Shown here: one piece after another, positions 61,898 to 64,000 of the stretch
Position numbering within the stretch: position 1 is the stretch's first letter
Layout: each line of letters begins with the position of its first letter
From: Octopus sinensis
Taxonomy: Eukaryota
DNA length: 64,000 bases
Direction of reading: 5' to 3'
Assembly (NCBI RefSeq): GCF_006345805.1
Contig: NW_021833026.1
Location: 682,001-746,000 of the forward strand
The notes under the pieces: generated by a model
Database searches by the model: none
What the model was told of the DNA's origin: nothing
What the model saw: the letters and a program-made list of their open reading frames with translations, nothing else
Program-made: the position numbers and the translations under genes

Positions 61898-64000
61898 TAA
61901 AAAAATTATTTTCTGCGTTTTTGTTAAAATGAACAACAAGAAAGTCCTCGACTCACATGATGTGGTCCCCCAAAACCTTCAAGGTAAAAAATTAAAAAAA
62001 TTATTTTCTGCGTTTTTGTTAAAATGAACAACAAAAAGTCCTCGACTCACATGATGTGGTCCCCCAAAACTTTCAAGCCAAAAATTAAAAAAATTATTTT
62101 CTGCGTTTTTGTTAAAATAAACAACAAGAAAGTCCTCGACTCACATGATGTGGTCCCCCAAAACCTTCAAGCCAAAAAATTAAAAAAATTATTTTCTGCG
62201 TTTTTGTTAAAATGAACAACAAGAAAGTCCTCGACTCACATGATGTGGTCCCCCAAAACCTTCAAGCCAAAAAATAAAAAAAATTATTTTCTGCGTTTTT
62301 GTTAAAATGAACCACAAGAAAGTCCTCGACTCACATGATGTGGTCCCTCAAAACCTTCAAGCCAAAAATTAAAAAAAATTATTTTCTGCGTTTTTGTTAA
62401 AATGAACAACAAGAAAGTCCTCGACTCACATGATGTGGTCCCCAAAACCTTCAAGCCAAAAAATTAAAAAAATTATTTTCTGCGTTTTTGTTAAATGAAC
62501 AACAAGAAAGTCCTCGACTCACATGATGTGGTCCCCCTCAAACCTTCAAGCCAAAAATTAAAAAAAAAAATTATTTTCTGCGTTTTTGTTAAAATGAACA
62601 ACAAGAAAGTCCTCGACTCACATGATGTGGTCCCCCAAAACCTTCAAGCCAAAAAATTAAAAAAATTATTTTCTGCGTTTTTGTTAAAATGAACAACAAG
62701 AAAGTCCTCGACTCACATGATGTGGTCCCCCAAAACTTCAAGCCAAAAAATTAAAAAAAATTATTTTCTGCGTTTTTGTTAAAATAAACAACAAGAAAGT
62801 CCTCGACTCACATGATGTGGTCCCCCAAAACCTTCAAGCCAAAAAATTAAAAAAAATTATTTTCTGCGTTTTTGTTAAAATGAACAACAAGAAAGTCCTC
62901 GACTCACATGATGTGGTCCCCCAAAACCTTCAAGCCAAAAAATTAAAAAAAATTATTTTCTGCGTTTTTGTTAAAATGAACAACAAGAAAGTCCTCGACT
63001 CACATGATGTGGTCCCCCAAAACCTTCAAGCCAAAAAATTAAAAAAATTATTTTCTGCGTTTTTGTTAAAATAAACAACAAGAAAGTCCTCGACTCACAT
63101 GATGTGGTCCCCCAAAACCTTCAAGCCAAAAAATTAAAAAAATTATTTTCTGCGTTTTTGTTAAAATGAACAACAAGAAAGTCCTCGACTCACATGATGT
63201 GGTCCCCTCAAACCTTCAAGCCAAAAAATAAAAAAAATTATTTTCTGCGTTTTTGTTAAAATGAACAACAAGAAAGTCCTCGACTCACATGATGTGGTCC
63301 CCCAAAACCTTCAAGCCAAAAATTAAAAAAAATTATTTTCTGCGTTTTTGTTAAAATGAACAACAAGAAAGTCCTCGACTCACATGATGTGGTCCCCCAA
63401 AACCTTCAAGCCAAAAAATTAAAAAAAATTATTTTCTGCGTTTTTGTTAAAATGAACAACAAGAAAGTCCTCGACTCACATGATGTGGTCCCCCAAAACC
63501 TTCAAGCCAAAAAATTAAAAAAATTATTTTTTCTGCGTTTTTGTTAAAATGAACAACAAGAAAGTCCTCGACTCACATGATGTGGTCCCCCAAAACCTTC
63601 AAGCCAAAAAATTAAAAAAATTATTTTCTGCGTTTTGTTAAAATGAACAACAAGAAAGTCCTCGACTCACATGATGTGGTCCCCCAAAACCTTCAAGCCA
63701 AAAAATTTAAAAAAATTATTTTCTGCGTTTTTGTTAAATGAACAACAAGAAAGTCCTCGACTCACATGATGTGGTCCCCCCAAAACTTTCAAGCCAAAAA
63801 TTAAAAAAATTATTTTCTGCGTTTTTGTTAAAATAACAACAAGAAAGTCCTCGACTCACATGATGTGGTCCCCCAAAACCTTCAAGCAAAAAATTAAAAA
63901 AATTATTTTCTGCGTTTTTGTTAAAATGAACAACAAGAAAGTCCTCGACTCACATGATGTGGTCCCCAAAACCTTCAAGCCAAAAAATTAAAAAAATTAT
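61898..64000. repeat. 96-bp satellite array 2 (at least 22 units, runs off the window)
   Basis: Same unit as array 1. Confidence 0.98.

Noticed and set aside
60225-63547. Repeat-protein ORFs (MNNKKVLDSHDVV...)
   Set aside because: These result from the 96-bp (3n) unit. The frame breaks every few units and the ATG is mutated in several.
60860-63840. Higher-order repeat in the satellite
   Set aside because: Shared variants (ATA for ATG, CCCTC, AAATA) do not recur at a constant period, and homopolymer noise prevents a call by eye.
59985-64000. CRISPR array
   Set aside because: Units are head-to-tail and near-identical with no unique spacers, there are no cas genes, and the context is eukaryotic.

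Overview
AT-rich eukaryotic nuclear DNA read in the standard genetic code. The gene content is animal (TSP1/Ig ADAMTSL-like protein, HSPA13, single-minded, C-type lectin) and includes a motile-cilium gene (ARMC4/ODAD2). Almost every gene is interrupted by ultra-short spliceosomal introns, mostly 22-34 nt and very often 25 nt. That combination suggests a dicyemid mesozoan (inference, not verified). I reconstructed by eye about 19 spliced protein-coding genes: SRRM2/Cwc21 3' part, sim, GLUD1, ATP5F1A, a saposin-like protein, DTL, a GDPD, an ADAMTSL-like protein, CHMP1, an ENT/SLC29, ACSS2, an unknown helical protein, EFCAB10, two paralogous secreted LRR proteins, HSPA13, a C-type lectin, ARMC4 and a truncated VPS25. 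They are interspersed with decayed or nested transposons (CRE-like RLE, Jockey-like and RTE-like LINEs, Buster hATs with intact TSDs, Tigger/pogo, Tc1/IS630). The last ~4.6 kb consist of two Helitron-like heads, each followed by a 96-bp satellite array; the second array runs off the window. The most interesting signals are an apparent length-based splicing rule, host-sized mini-introns inside transposase genes, the secreted LRR pair with a micro-exon that could switch anchoring, and the satellite-carrying Helitron-like cassette. Homopolymer indels, which become frequent after ~57.6 kb, look like long-read errors. All splice models are manual and need RNA confirmation.
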